The notes below the pieces were generated by a model. The model was not told where the DNA came from, searched no databases, and saw nothing but the letters and a program-made list of their open reading frames with translations. This document shows, in pieces, positions 8,175 to 17,840 of a stretch of DNA of 64,000 nucleotides (positions within the stretch are counted from its first letter, which is position 1; each line of letters opens with the position of its first letter). The position numbers were made by a program, and so were the translations under genes. Origin of the DNA: Gammaproteobacteria bacterium (GTDB taxonomy: Bacteria; Pseudomonadota; Gammaproteobacteria; CAJXQU01); assembly GCA_026984775.1 (NCBI GenBank), contig JALSRM010000026.1, positions 2,456-66,455 on the forward strand, in the 5' to 3' direction.

Positions 8175-10269
8175 ATAAAGGTAATCTTACCGTAAAACAG
8201 ACCCCTTCCCTACTCTCAAGGTTTGTGGCCTCCAATTCACCACCATGAAATTCGGCAATATGATTGGCGATATATAGACCGAGCCCAAGATGTGGTTCGT
8301 TCCTGTCCCTGGCGTCGCGCCGGGAAACCATTGAGTTAAAAATCTGTTTCTGCAGCTCTTCAGGTAAAGGGGGTCCGAGGTTGATGATCTTGATTTTCAG
8401 GTTTCCATCGTGCTCACTTGCCCAAATCGTGATCGGTGTTCCGGCATGAGCAAAATCTACGGCATTGGAAACCAGCTTATCAAGCATTTGTACAATCAGA
8501 TCCGGTACGCATTGCAGTTGGAGCCCGGGTTTGGTCTCCAATCGGCAGATAAACTCCTGTCCTGGATTTGCAACACGATAACCATCTATGCAGCTCCTCA
8601 ACAGCTGATCCACCCACACAGGCTCCATTTCTGAACTGTACAGTGCCGATTCCAACCGTGCAGCTTCGCTCAGACGCGTCACCAGCTTCTGTAATCGCTG
8701 GATGCCCTGCTGTGCACGTTTAAGGCAAATGTCTGCATCTTCCGGATTTTCTGCAAATTGCAGACTCTCCAGTGAGGATTGCACCACTGCCATTGGAGTC
8801 CGCAATTCATGGGAGAGTTTACTCGCCAGACTTTCGAGATAGTCATTGTACTCTTTGAGTCTCTCCAGCATTTTGGAATAATGGCTGGCAAGATCGCCCA
8901 ATTCATCCCGCCAGGGTTTGCCCACCTGAGTATGAGCTACACGTCCCCGCTCGTCGATGGCCTCGTCAGCCTCTCTGCTGAGACGGCGGATACGCCTGGA
9001 CAGACTGGATGCAAACAACAACAAAATTGCCGTCACACCCACAAAAACCAGAACCGATCGCGTAAAGAGATCGGCCATCGCCTTGCGTTGTACCGTCTGG
9101 ATATTACCGGTGGTCTCCTCCGCTACGACGGCACCGATGGTGCGTGAACCGGAACGGATTGGTTGTGCTGCTGTCACGATCGCTGCCTTGCCATCCGGTG
9201 AGGATCGCCAGCGGATACCTGCCTGACCCTGGAGCGCAGAACTAACATCTTCACCTTGTAGCCGCGAGGCGCCGGCCAAATCGTCCTTGAACCGGGTGCT
9301 TGCAGCCGGTAGAATGAGGGTATAGAGCCGACTCAGAAGATTTTTGTGATTTGTCGGCTTCTTTAGACTACCGTAAGTGGCAAGAACATTCCCTGCCATA
9401 TCCAGCACCCAGACACGCCGCCCATCAGTCAGGCTAAATTGATTGAGAACACGGCCAATAGTATCCGAAGCCCTTACCAGGGAATTTGGTTCTTCACCGT
9501 TGAAGGTGCTGATCCGTCCTTGCAAGCGCCGGGTTACCGTATCGTCCACATCGGTGATCATCAGGCCAAAGGTCGATCCAACCATATATGAAGGGATCTT
9601 CAACTCAAGGCTGTAGCCTCTATCCGATTCCTGCCAGACACCTGAGAGATTAGTCACAGAACGGGGAACGGGTTCTTCCTCCCACAACTCTTCATTCCAG
9701 ACCATGCTCTGTTCATAAGCGCTGACATGACCCGGGGCTTCAGGGGCAATCCAATAATGATGTTTTTCTCCATCAGAAGTCCTCGTAAATAACTCGATCT
9801 GATCACTTTTTCCAGTGAAGGGCTGATCTGGCCTTTGATAAACCACACGATCATCATCGACTTTACAAAGTACATAAAAATACCCTTCCCGTTCGGCCAG
9901 AATGATTCTGGCATTGGCAGATCCTCCAATCGAAGTCAGATCATTTGCCCATTCCAACCAGTTGTCCCATTCTTCGGTATACCCATCAATCTGGACAACC
10001 TGTTTCATCTCATGAACGAACAGGGGAGGATCGCTCCGATTAGTAGATTGTGGAAAGAGCGCATCGCGCCCACTCAGCAGACCGGCAATACTGCTGGCAG
10101 TGCCCGCAAGCGAGATTTCCAGACCATCCCGCAGATACTGCTCCATTTCACGAACATACTGATACCCGACGTAGGGCAGGCTTAGTACTGCAATGGAAAG
10201 AAGCAACAGCTTTTTTCGGATCGAGAATTTGAAGGTTTTCTTCATCCAGGGCCTGTCAATTTGGTTCAA
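8167..10269 (-). CDS. sensor histidine kinase with ~380 aa periplasmic sensor domain
   Basis: Two TM segments flanking a large periplasmic region; H-box SHELRTPMAVVQSSLESL; HATPase_c region NAVDFA...GLGLYIANHIAEFHGG. The 4-bp stop/start overlap with the DUF423 gene at 8167-8174 is apparent. Confidence 0.85.
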   Translation of the reverse strand: MNQIDRPWMKKTFKFSIRKKLLLLSIAVLSLPYVGYQYVREMEQYLRDGLEISLAGTASSIAGLLSGRDALFPQSTNRSDPPLFVHEMKQVVQIDGYTEEWDNWLEWANDLTSIGGSANARIILAEREGYFYVLCKVDDDRVVYQRPDQPFTGKSDQIELFTRTSDGEKHHYWIAPEAPGHVSAYEQSMVWNEELWEEEPVPRSVTNLSGVWQESDRGYSLELKIPSYMVGSTFGLMITDVDDTVTRRLQGRISTFNGEEPNSLVRASDTIGRVLNQFSLTDGRRVWVLDMAGNVLATYGSLKKPTNHKNLLSRLYTLILPAASTRFKDDLAGASRLQGEDVSSALQGQAGIRWRSSPDGKAAIVTAAQPIRSGSRTIGAVVAEETTGNIQTVQRKAMADLFTRSVLVFVGVTAILLLFASSLSRRIRRLSREADEAIDERGRVAHTQVGKPWRDELGDLASHYSKMLERLKEYNDYLESLASKLSHELRTPMAVVQSSLESLQFAENPEDADICLKRAQQGIQRLQKLVTRLSEAARLESALYSSEMEPVWVDQLLRSCIDGYRVANPGQEFICRLETKPGLQLQCVPDLIVQMLDKLVSNAVDFAHAGTPITIWASEHDGNLKIKIINLGPPLPEELQKQIFNSMVSRRDARDRNEPHLGLGLYIANHIAEFHGGELEATNLESREGVCFTVRLPLYG

Positions 10270-10335
10270 ATGCCCGGTACCGTTACTTCAAATTGAGGCA
10301 ACAGGTAGATAGGGTTTGTTATGCTAATTTCAGAC

Positions 10336-11028
10336 TCACGGATTCGCATTCCAGCGGTAACCCATCCCATAGACGGTTTCTATGCAATCAAAACTGTCAT
10401 CCAGGCTGCGGAATTTCTTGCGTATGCGTTTGATATGCGATGTGATAGTACTGTCATCCACAATCACATTGGCATCCTGCATCAATTGATCGCGGTTTTT
10501 GACATGCCCCGGGCGTCGCACCAGACAATGCAGGATCCAGAACTCTGTCAACGTCAAATCAACTGGCTGCTCTTTCCAGCTAACACTGAGACAATTGGTA
10601 TTGATCAACAAAGACCCCACGGTCAAATCCGCATCATCCGGTGGCTGACCCAATGCTTCCACACGACGGAACAACGCACTGATCCGCGCCAGTAACTGAG
10701 GGAGTGTGATATCCTTTGTCAGGTAATCGTCAGCACCCAAACGCAACCCTGATACGGTATCGAAGTCCCCATCCCGTGCTGTCAGAAACATGATCGGCAA
10801 TGTCCGTGACATACTGCGGAGTTCCCGGCAGAGTTCAAACCCTCCCTCCATATCATCTTCGAGTCCGATATCGAGGATCACAAGATCCGGCAATCGTTCC
10901 CTGAACACATTCAAGGCCCCGATGCGATCCCCGTAACAGGCAACTTCATAACCCTGTTTTTTTAATATCGCAGCGTAATTCTCACGTAAGGCAATTTCAT
11001 CCTCTACAATAGCAATTCTTCTTGCCAT
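10336..11028 (-). CDS. OmpR-family response regulator
   Basis: Receiver domain (IAIVEDE...DLVILDIGLEDDMEGGFELCRELR) and winged-helix output (VYGMGYRW). Confidence 0.9.
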   Translation of the reverse strand: MARRIAIVEDEIALRENYAAILKKQGYEVACYGDRIGALNVFRERLPDLVILDIGLEDDMEGGFELCRELRSMSRTLPIMFLTARDGDFDTVSGLRLGADDYLTKDITLPQLLARISALFRRVEALGQPPDDADLTVGSLLINTNCLSVSWKEQPVDLTLTEFWILHCLVRRPGHVKNRDQLMQDANVIVDDSTITSHIKRIRKKFRSLDDSFDCIETVYGMGYRWNANP

Positions 11029-11212
11029 TCCTTACTGCTCCTGATCAATTCTGCCGTTTAATGTACACCGAATCAGGGTAATTTCCCGGCTTTTACTCCA
11101 TTTTCCATTGTTTTGACACATTTCGTAAGAATTTTGCCACTTCTTATGCCATTTGATGCCAGGTCAAGGGGTTTTAATGCATACCGTCCTATAAAAAACA
11201 AGGAGACAACAA

Positions 11213-11956
11213 ATGAAAAAATCAGATATCAGTAAATTTCTCTTACCCGCGGCCATCATATTAGCGTCTGCTTCATCACCTGCACTCGCCGGCAACCAGG
11301 AAAACCTGGAATACGCATCACACAAAGAAACCGGCGGTTTTGGGATCGGGCTTCTGATCGGCTCGATCCTCGGAGGACCTCCCGGTGCCATCCTTGGTGC
11401 AGCAAGTGGTGCGTGGCTTGGGCATCATGATACACAACGAACCAACAAAATTGCTGTTCTCAATACCACACTTCTTGAAAGAGAGAACCGGATCACAAAG
11501 CTTGAGGCAGAACGCTCTGCGACAGAGATGGAGCTAACCAATGCCATCCAACAGTTAGACAACCTTCAGAGCACTACGGTTACAGAGATTCTCCGCAAGG
11601 GGCTGACCACAACAGTTTATTTCCGTTCCGATGAAACGATTCTTCCTGAAACCAGTACTCAACAACTGATAGATCTGGCCCAGGTTTTACAAAATTTCCC
11701 GCAAGCAGAAATCATCATGGAAGGTCATGCCGATGTACGTGGCAATACCGAATACAACCAGCATCTGAGTGAGCAGCGAGTGGAAAGGGTTCAGAACCTG
11801 TTGCAACAGGCAGGTATCCCTGAAGAGCGGATCCAGTGCCATGCATTCGGTGAATCAAAGGCTATGGCGGTAGAAGGTGATCAGGAAAACTATATCTTCG
11901 ACCGTCGCGTTACCCTTCATATTGGACTCGAGCAGAAGAATATAGCAAAGCGTTGA
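11213..11956 (+). CDS. OmpA/MotB-family peptidoglycan-associated protein with N-terminal glycine-zipper and coiled-coil
   Basis: Signal peptide; GGFGIGLLIGSILGGPPGAILGAASGAWLG glycine zipper; OmpA_C motif EGHADVRGNTEYNQHLSEQRVERV...FDRRVTL. Confidence 0.8.
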   Translation: MKKSDISKFLLPAAIILASASSPALAGNQENLEYASHKETGGFGIGLLIGSILGGPPGAILGAASGAWLGHHDTQRTNKIAVLNTTLLERENRITKLEAERSATEMELTNAIQQLDNLQSTTVTEILRKGLTTTVYFRSDETILPETSTQQLIDLAQVLQNFPQAEIIMEGHADVRGNTEYNQHLSEQRVERVQNLLQQAGIPEERIQCHAFGESKAMAVEGDQENYIFDRRVTLHIGLEQKNIAKR

Positions 11957-11977
11957 TCAGACACCCTCCAGCAACTT

Positions 11978-12008
11978 GCCGCCGGTCCTCCGCCGGCGGC
12001 CTTTCTGG
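11978..12008 (+). terminator. hairpin downstream of the OmpA-family gene
   Basis: gccgccgg-tcctc-cgccggcggc followed by ctttctgg (weak T tract). Confidence 0.4.
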
Positions 12009-12234
12009 AAAACAGCGAGGGAAAGATTTATGAACAGTGAGAAGCAATTGATTCTTAATGGGTTTTACCGATGCCTACTGGCTTCGCTGTTATCAGGGCT
12101 GGGGATCTCCCTGATAATGGGAATGGTGGTCATCGTTTTGAGTAGTTGAATACTGAGTTTTCTAAACTTTTCTGGGATTCATACGATAAACTGGTATATC
12201 TCGCTAAGCCGATACAAATTCAGGACACTTAACG

Positions 12235-13110
12235 ATGGCAATACAAACACCTGCATCCTCTGCTTCAGGTACAGATACAAAAACGATCACTGTGATGACA
12301 TTTTATATTGAGGATTCTCTCTATGGTATTCCCATTGAGCATGTTGTCAGCCTGAGTAAAGAGACCGATCATATTCAGGATCTTCCTATAAAGGTACCCG
12401 GACTGATCGGTGTGATCCATTACCAGGATACGGTAGTACCCGTTGTGGATATCGCCAAACGCATTGGCGTCAAATCCGGTACAGAAGCAAAGCAGGATTT
12501 GATCACAACCCTGAGCACACGAGAGCAGGATCATATCGACTGGATTGATGCGCTTGAAAAATCAATCACGACAGGTGAAAAGTTTACCAAGGCCCGGGAT
12601 CCGCACCAATGTGCCTTTGGTAAATGGTATGACAAGTTCGAGACCCGTAATGAAGCCTTGCAGGAAATCCTGCAACATTTCGATGAACCCCATAAACAGA
12701 TACATTCGCTTGCTGACAAACTGTTGAACCTGAGGGATCGCGGAGATACAGAGGAAGCCCTGAAAGAGCTCGAGTTTCAGCGCATCACCACTCTCCGGCG
12801 CCTGCGATCACTATTTGCCCATGCTCGTGCCCAGCTGACTGAGATGATGCGGCCCATACTCCTGTATGTTACACGCGATGGCATCAATCCCGCCTTTGCC
12901 CTGCTCATCGATGAAGTACATGATGCACTCACCTACAACATCAAGGATTGCTACAGCCCGGAACAAGCTGGTTTCCAGTCGCTGATGACCAGTGACAAAT
13001 ACATCAAGGCGATTTTGTCAGACAAAAAACAACCGAAATCGATTCTTTTCGATATCGACAGAATTCTCGAACCAAATCATCAAGCAGCCATTGAAGAGAC
13101 AGCCGCCTAA
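12235..13110 (+). CDS. CheW-like domain protein fused to a CZB (chemoreceptor zinc-binding) domain
   Basis: N-terminal CheW-like TFYIEDSLYGIPIEHVVSLS...LPIKVPGLIGVIHYQDTVVPVVDIAKRIGV; C-terminal CZB motifs HIDW...CAFGKWY...HFDEPHKQIH (H-x3-W, CxFGxW, H-x3-H). Confidence 0.75.
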   Translation: MAIQTPASSASGTDTKTITVMTFYIEDSLYGIPIEHVVSLSKETDHIQDLPIKVPGLIGVIHYQDTVVPVVDIAKRIGVKSGTEAKQDLITTLSTREQDHIDWIDALEKSITTGEKFTKARDPHQCAFGKWYDKFETRNEALQEILQHFDEPHKQIHSLADKLLNLRDRGDTEEALKELEFQRITTLRRLRSLFAHARAQLTEMMRPILLYVTRDGINPAFALLIDEVHDALTYNIKDCYSPEQAGFQSLMTSDKYIKAILSDKKQPKSILFDIDRILEPNHQAAIEETAA

Positions 13111-13164
13111 TTCGCCACTCACTGGGCTTTAAACCCCTTGCCGGTTCTGTTCTAATACACACCC

Positions 13165-13563
13165 ATGAACATACCACACCCACTTTCCAGCTATGACCGT
13201 CTGGGCGGAGAACAAGTACTCAGAGAACTGGTTGATCGTTTTTACGATTATATGGAAAGCCTGCCGGAAGCAGCCACCATCCGTGCAATGCACCCGAAAG
13301 ACCTGCGTAGTGCCCGTGAAAAACTCTTCATGTTCCTGAGTGGCTGGCTGGGTGGGCCTGATCGCTATATCGCTGCCTTTGGACATCCCCGGCTGCGTGC
13401 ACGACATCTGCCCTTCTCGATCGGCCCCGCGGAAAGAGATCAATGGATGATGTGCATGAAAAAGGCACTGGATGATACCCCGATGGATACGGCCTTCAGA
13501 GAACAGTTATTCTCAGCGCTCTATAAGACAGCGACGCACATGATCAACCAGACCGATCAGTGA
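13165..13563 (+). CDS. group 2 truncated hemoglobin (2/2 Hb, YjbI-like)
   Basis: 132 aa; YDRLGGEQVLRELVDRFYDYM...HPRLRARHLPFSIGPAERDQWMMCM matches the trHbO fold signature. Confidence 0.75.
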   Translation: MNIPHPLSSYDRLGGEQVLRELVDRFYDYMESLPEAATIRAMHPKDLRSAREKLFMFLSGWLGGPDRYIAAFGHPRLRARHLPFSIGPAERDQWMMCMKKALDDTPMDTAFREQLFSALYKTATHMINQTDQ

Positions 13564-14534
13564 CCGCGAAAGCGGTTTGAATGTGACTTACTGAGCTGAC
13601 GGGCCTGTTCGACCCAATTCTCACGTCGGATCCGGCCGTGGAAATCCAGTTTTTGATCAAACCGATCGATGTCACCGTCGTCCCAGCCGGCGATATCACT
13701 GAATCGGGTAATACCCATCTGATTCAGCTTTTTTTCCAGCGCCTCGCCAATCCCGGAAATCTGTTGCAGATTATCACCTTGCAGATCTTCCATGTTACGG
13801 GCTATGGATCGCTGATCGTTGGCTGGGATGGCATTTTTCAGCTCTTCGAGTTCCCGATCTTTCTGCGTAACTTCCTCGAACAGTTCCTGGACCCGGGTCT
13901 GGAGACGAGCAATACGTGATATCGCAAGTTCTGGTTCTGCATTGCCACTCAGCGCGGCCATTTGCAAGCCCTCACTGGAAATGGATTCAAGCTCTGCGAT
14001 CCGTTTATCCTTGGATACCAGTTCAAGCCGTGCCTTTTCAAAAGCAGTGCGCAATATACTGCTCTGTTGTGCAATCTCATCCAGGTCAGACTGAAACACG
14101 GACAGCCTGTGTTTGATTGCCTCAAAATCACGGCGAATCTTCTGGTTTTCCTGTTCCTGTCTTTCTAGTTCTTCTTCTTTTGCTTGTAGCTGTTTGTGCA
14201 CTTCGTCAAATGACTGGGTCATATCGAGAACCTGTTGTTTTCTTTCTTCGAATCGTGCCTTAACTTGAGCCAGTTCTGCCTGCAGTGATTCGATTTTCTG
14301 ACTGTTATTATTCTTTCCAGCACGTTCCTGCTCCAACCGTTCTGACGTTTTCTGGAGTTGTTGCTGAGTGGTATCCAGCTGCTTGGTCACCTCGTGCAGC
14401 TGACGCAGAAGTGCGACTTCAGCATCTTCAATCTTGCGTTTCCATGAAGCACGTGTGAACAGCCAGCCGGTAATGATGCCGAGGATGGCAACGGCCAGAA
14501 ACCAGACCATCATTTCTCCCATCAGATAAATCAT
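13557..14534 (-). CDS. membrane-anchored long coiled-coil protein with C-terminal helix-hairpin-helix-like domain
   Basis: N-terminal TM (VWFLAVAILGIITGWLF), about 200 aa E/Q/K/L-rich heptads, C-terminal LQQISGIGEALEKKLNQMGITRFSDIAGW HhH-like motif. Confidence 0.6.
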   Translation of the reverse strand: MIYLMGEMMVWFLAVAILGIITGWLFTRASWKRKIEDAEVALLRQLHEVTKQLDTTQQQLQKTSERLEQERAGKNNNSQKIESLQAELAQVKARFEERKQQVLDMTQSFDEVHKQLQAKEEELERQEQENQKIRRDFEAIKHRLSVFQSDLDEIAQQSSILRTAFEKARLELVSKDKRIAELESISSEGLQMAALSGNAEPELAISRIARLQTRVQELFEEVTQKDRELEELKNAIPANDQRSIARNMEDLQGDNLQQISGIGEALEKKLNQMGITRFSDIAGWDDGDIDRFDQKLDFHGRIRRENWVEQARQLSKSHSNRFRGH

Positions 14535-15292
14535 AAATCTGCCCTCTGTTTTGTCTTTATTTCCAGCCTTTCATCGACTTTGAATGAAGGCGGCGTGTTG
14601 GCTATGGCAATTTCCAAAGCTTTCCGAGCCTTGTCATCCGGGACAATCCCCATGATGTAGATTCGGTCTCCTTCGTAAATCAGTCTCCCCTCTTCAACCC
14701 ATTGGATAAAAGGGATCAGAAGCGGAAAATCCTGCAAATACCAAGCCGGTTCTTCCTCTTGTTCACGGGTAAAGACCCTGAACTGACGTTCAGGAATCCT
14801 TATGAACTGCTCCAGCTTTTTTCGAATCGCCTGTTTTACCTGATTATCAGGAACTGTACCACTGACTTCAAGATTTCTGTTTATCTTGTTAACGATCAGC
14901 TCGGAGCTGTGAAGAACGGGTTCCGTTTTTTTCGGAGGCCACCAGGGGCCTTTAGGATGTTCTATCTGCTTAATGGCGGACATTGCCTGTCCGGTCCTTT
15001 GCCGGTGATGTGCGGGACGGTTCTTGACTGTTGGTCTTTCTTCAATCCTGAGCTCGATCTTGCCAATGCCAGGAACCTTGCTTGCGACAGCCTTGGCTGC
15101 CGGTAATAATGCTTCCGGCCCTGAGAGAGTGATATCCCGACCTCGTACCTGTACACGAACCTCAGATAAATCTTCATCAGCCAGTGCAAGCACGACCCGT
15201 CCATGCAACCTTTGCTCAAGCTCGGGAGCCAGGGTATAGGCGCCAATAGCCATGACTATCAGCATTAGCAGAAGTGCAATCCATCGCGTCAA
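14531..15292 (-). CDS. membrane-anchored BON-like domain protein, translationally coupled to the upstream coiled-coil gene
   Basis: N-terminal TM; SEVRVQVRGRDITLSGPEA...KIELRIEE and a second BON-like unit near the C-terminus; its stop overlaps the downstream gene start (14531-14534). Confidence 0.55.
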   Translation of the reverse strand: MTRWIALLLMLIVMAIGAYTLAPELEQRLHGRVVLALADEDLSEVRVQVRGRDITLSGPEALLPAAKAVASKVPGIGKIELRIEERPTVKNRPAHHRQRTGQAMSAIKQIEHPKGPWWPPKKTEPVLHSSELIVNKINRNLEVSGTVPDNQVKQAIRKKLEQFIRIPERQFRVFTREQEEEPAWYLQDFPLLIPFIQWVEEGRLIYEGDRIYIMGIVPDDKARKALEIAIANTPPSFKVDERLEIKTKQRADL

Positions 15293-15407
15293 AATTATTA
15301 CCCGTTCGAGTTGTTACATTTTGTAAACAGGGTGATTTTGTCACAAGCGGAAGTGTGGTGATACGCATGTAATAGAACTTTACAATTACCAATCCTGACT
15401 GATGTGA

Positions 15408-15608
15408 TTAGATCCCAAGGATCACGGAGATCACTTTTTTGGCTGCAAACCCGAATATCCCGAGCCCCAGTCCGATAAACAGAATGAAGGTTCCAAATTT
15501 TCCTGCTTTTGATTCTTCGGCGAGTTTATAAATGATGAAAAGCATGTACAGACAGATCCCTGTAATACCGATGGTCAGGGAAATTTCTTCAAAAAGTTCA
15601 ATATCCAT
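15408..15608 (-). CDS. DUF2788-like small membrane protein
   Basis: Start placed at the internal Met (MDIELFEEISLTIGITGICLYMLFIIYKLAEESKAGKFGTFILFIGLGLGIFGF). The longer listed ORF would run over the riboswitch. Confidence 0.55.
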   Translation of the reverse strand: MDIELFEEISLTIGITGICLYMLFIIYKLAEESKAGKFGTFILFIGLGLGIFGFAAKKVISVILGI

Positions 15609-15644
15609 TTTTTCTCCATAGAGTTGACACTGTTTAACGTGTGT

Positions 15645-15875
15645 CTTAAAGTCACGCCTCCCATGGCCCCGTAATTTAGGGTTAAAAGGGAAGTCGGTCA
15701 AAACCCGACACTGCCCCCGCAACGGTAGATGAGTCAAACCGGATCATGATGTCACTGTGGAAAAAATCTTACAACCTCCATGGGAAGACGATCCGGCCGC
15801 TTGATCAGAAATTATAACCTGATCAAACACTCATGAGTCCGGAGACCTGCCAGGGATAATCAACAAGAACCGCGG
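15645..15875 (+). promoter_or_regulatory. cobalamin (B12) riboswitch in the btuB leader
   Basis: Core AAAAGGGAAGUCGGUCAAAACCCGACACUGCCCCCGCAACGGUAG at 15684-15730 parallels the E. coli btuB leader; B12 box GAGUCCGGAGACCUGCCAGG at 15835-15855; downstream CCCUCCUCC (about 15936-15946) can pair with the btuB SD CAGGAGGAAAA. Confidence 0.7.
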
Positions 15876-15992
15876 AGGGCGGGCTGAAGATTCCTGTTTT
15901 TTGGTATTGTTCTGTTTGAACCATGTCCCTCCTCCGTTTGTATAACCCAAAATCTGTCCATTTTCGGGTGGAAACTGGTCAGGAGGAAAATA

Positions 15993-17834
15993 ATGAAACG
16001 ACCCCCTATTTCTCTGTTCGCTTTTCTGGGAGCGAGCCTTCTCCCTGCTTTTCAAACTTCGGCTGAGCCCACACAAAACCTGGGCGACATGATAGTCACC
16101 GGAACGAGAACCACGGTTGATCGCGATCATCTCCCGGATTCGGTCATCGTCTTCACGCGTGAAGACATTGAACGGTTGCAGGTCAGTGATCTGCCGGAAC
16201 TGCTTAAAGGCCAAGCCGGACTTGATCTCACCAATAACGGTGGTTACGGTAAAGCCACCTCTCTGTTCATGCGCGGCACCAACTCGGACCATGTTCTGGT
16301 CTTGATCGACGGCATCAAAGTGGGTTCGGCCACGCTGGGAACGCCCAGCCTTCAGCATTATCCTATCGATCAAATCGAGCGGGTCGAAATCGTCAAGGGT
16401 CCGCATTCCAGCCTTTACGGTTCAGAAGCCATCGGCGGAGTCATCCAGATTTTCACCCGTAAGGGAATCTCAGAATCACCACGTTACACACTTCGTATCG
16501 GTGGAGGGTCCGAATCCACCTACGATTTGAGTGGTGCTGTCAGTGGAGTCACGGGAAATACTTCTTACAGTCTCGGAGTATCACATTTCAATACTGGAGG
16601 CATTGACGCCAGAACACCAACCAGCGGTTTTTTTGCCGTTAATGAACCGGACGATGATGGCTACCACAACACCTCTGTGAGTTTTCAGATTGGAAAACAG
16701 TTCAGTGATCGCCTTCGGGCAAAAGTCTTTGCTCTGAGAGCCCAAGGTAATACAGAGTTTGACTCCAGTGATCCAGGCTCCAATTCCGATTTTATGAATC
16801 AGGTGGTCGGTGCTTCGATAACCGTCTCTCCAGCCCGTTTCTGGGAGTCCTCTCTGAAAATTGGTGAAAGCCGGGATGAGAGTGAAAGCTTCAACCATAC
16901 AGGTTCACCATCCAATATCTTCGATACCAAACGCTTCGATCTCAACTGGCAGAACACCTTCACAATCAATCCGCTTCATTCACTCGTTGCCGGTTTCGAC
17001 TATCGGAATGATCAGGTTTCCGGGACCACGGCCTATGATGAAAACTCCCGTAACAACAAGGGAATTTACGCCCAGTATCTCGGTAACTTCGATAAATTCG
17101 ACATCGTTGCCTCCTTTCGCCACGACGACAACGAAGCCTTCGGCAGCCAACAAACCGGCAGCGCCGGATTTAGTTTGGGGAGATTTGGAGGAATCCGCCT
17201 GACCGGTTCATTTGGAACAGCCTTCAAAGGTCCATCTTTCAACGAGCTCTATTTCCCCAACTTTGGAAACCCTGATCTCAAACCGGAAAGTTCGCGTTCC
17301 TGGGAACTGGGTATGGATGGCGACTATTCATGGGGCTCCTGGAGTGCCCGGATCTACCGGACCAGTATCGACGACCTGATTGTGTTCAAATTCAATCCAG
17401 TCACCTTCGAATTTAAACCGATCAATGTTGATGAAGCCCTGATCAAGGGTGCAGAACTGGAATTCGGTACCGAAGTGGCGGGCTGGGCGGTAAACACTGC
17501 CCTTGCACTGATCAGCCCCAAGGATAGGGCCACGGGCAATCAATTGCCACGGAGAGCACGTCGTTCATTGCGACTGGACCTGTCCCGAGATTTCGACCGG
17601 TTCAACTTTGGAGCCACGATCGTAGCCTATGATCACCGCTTCGATGACACCGCCAACACGACCCGTGTAGCCGGATATGCGACAGTGGATCTGCGGGGGA
17701 CCTATACGGTCGATGATCACTGGTCAATCAGCGGTCACATCAACAACCTGCTAAACAAGCGATACCAAACCGTGAACACCTATAACCAGGACGGGATCAA
17801 CGCCATGGTCTATGTCCGCTATCAATCGAAATAG
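15993..17834 (+). CDS. btuB: TonB-dependent outer-membrane cobalamin receptor (BtuB-like)
   Basis: Signal peptide, TonB box DMIVTGTRT, plug and 22-strand barrel motifs, size 613 aa like E. coli BtuB (614 aa); preceded by a B12 riboswitch. Confidence 0.85.
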   Translation: MKRPPISLFAFLGASLLPAFQTSAEPTQNLGDMIVTGTRTTVDRDHLPDSVIVFTREDIERLQVSDLPELLKGQAGLDLTNNGGYGKATSLFMRGTNSDHVLVLIDGIKVGSATLGTPSLQHYPIDQIERVEIVKGPHSSLYGSEAIGGVIQIFTRKGISESPRYTLRIGGGSESTYDLSGAVSGVTGNTSYSLGVSHFNTGGIDARTPTSGFFAVNEPDDDGYHNTSVSFQIGKQFSDRLRAKVFALRAQGNTEFDSSDPGSNSDFMNQVVGASITVSPARFWESSLKIGESRDESESFNHTGSPSNIFDTKRFDLNWQNTFTINPLHSLVAGFDYRNDQVSGTTAYDENSRNNKGIYAQYLGNFDKFDIVASFRHDDNEAFGSQQTGSAGFSLGRFGGIRLTGSFGTAFKGPSFNELYFPNFGNPDLKPESSRSWELGMDGDYSWGSWSARIYRTSIDDLIVFKFNPVTFEFKPINVDEALIKGAELEFGTEVAGWAVNTALALISPKDRATGNQLPRRARRSLRLDLSRDFDRFNFGATIVAYDHRFDDTANTTRVAGYATVDLRGTYTVDDHWSISGHINNLLNKRYQTVNTYNQDGINAMVYVRYQSK

Positions 17835-17840
17835 ACGAAC

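Noticed and set aside
15831-16406. 191-aa minus-strand ORF
   Set aside because: Overlaps the B12 box of the riboswitch and the first 400 nt of btuB; no recognisable domains; spurious.
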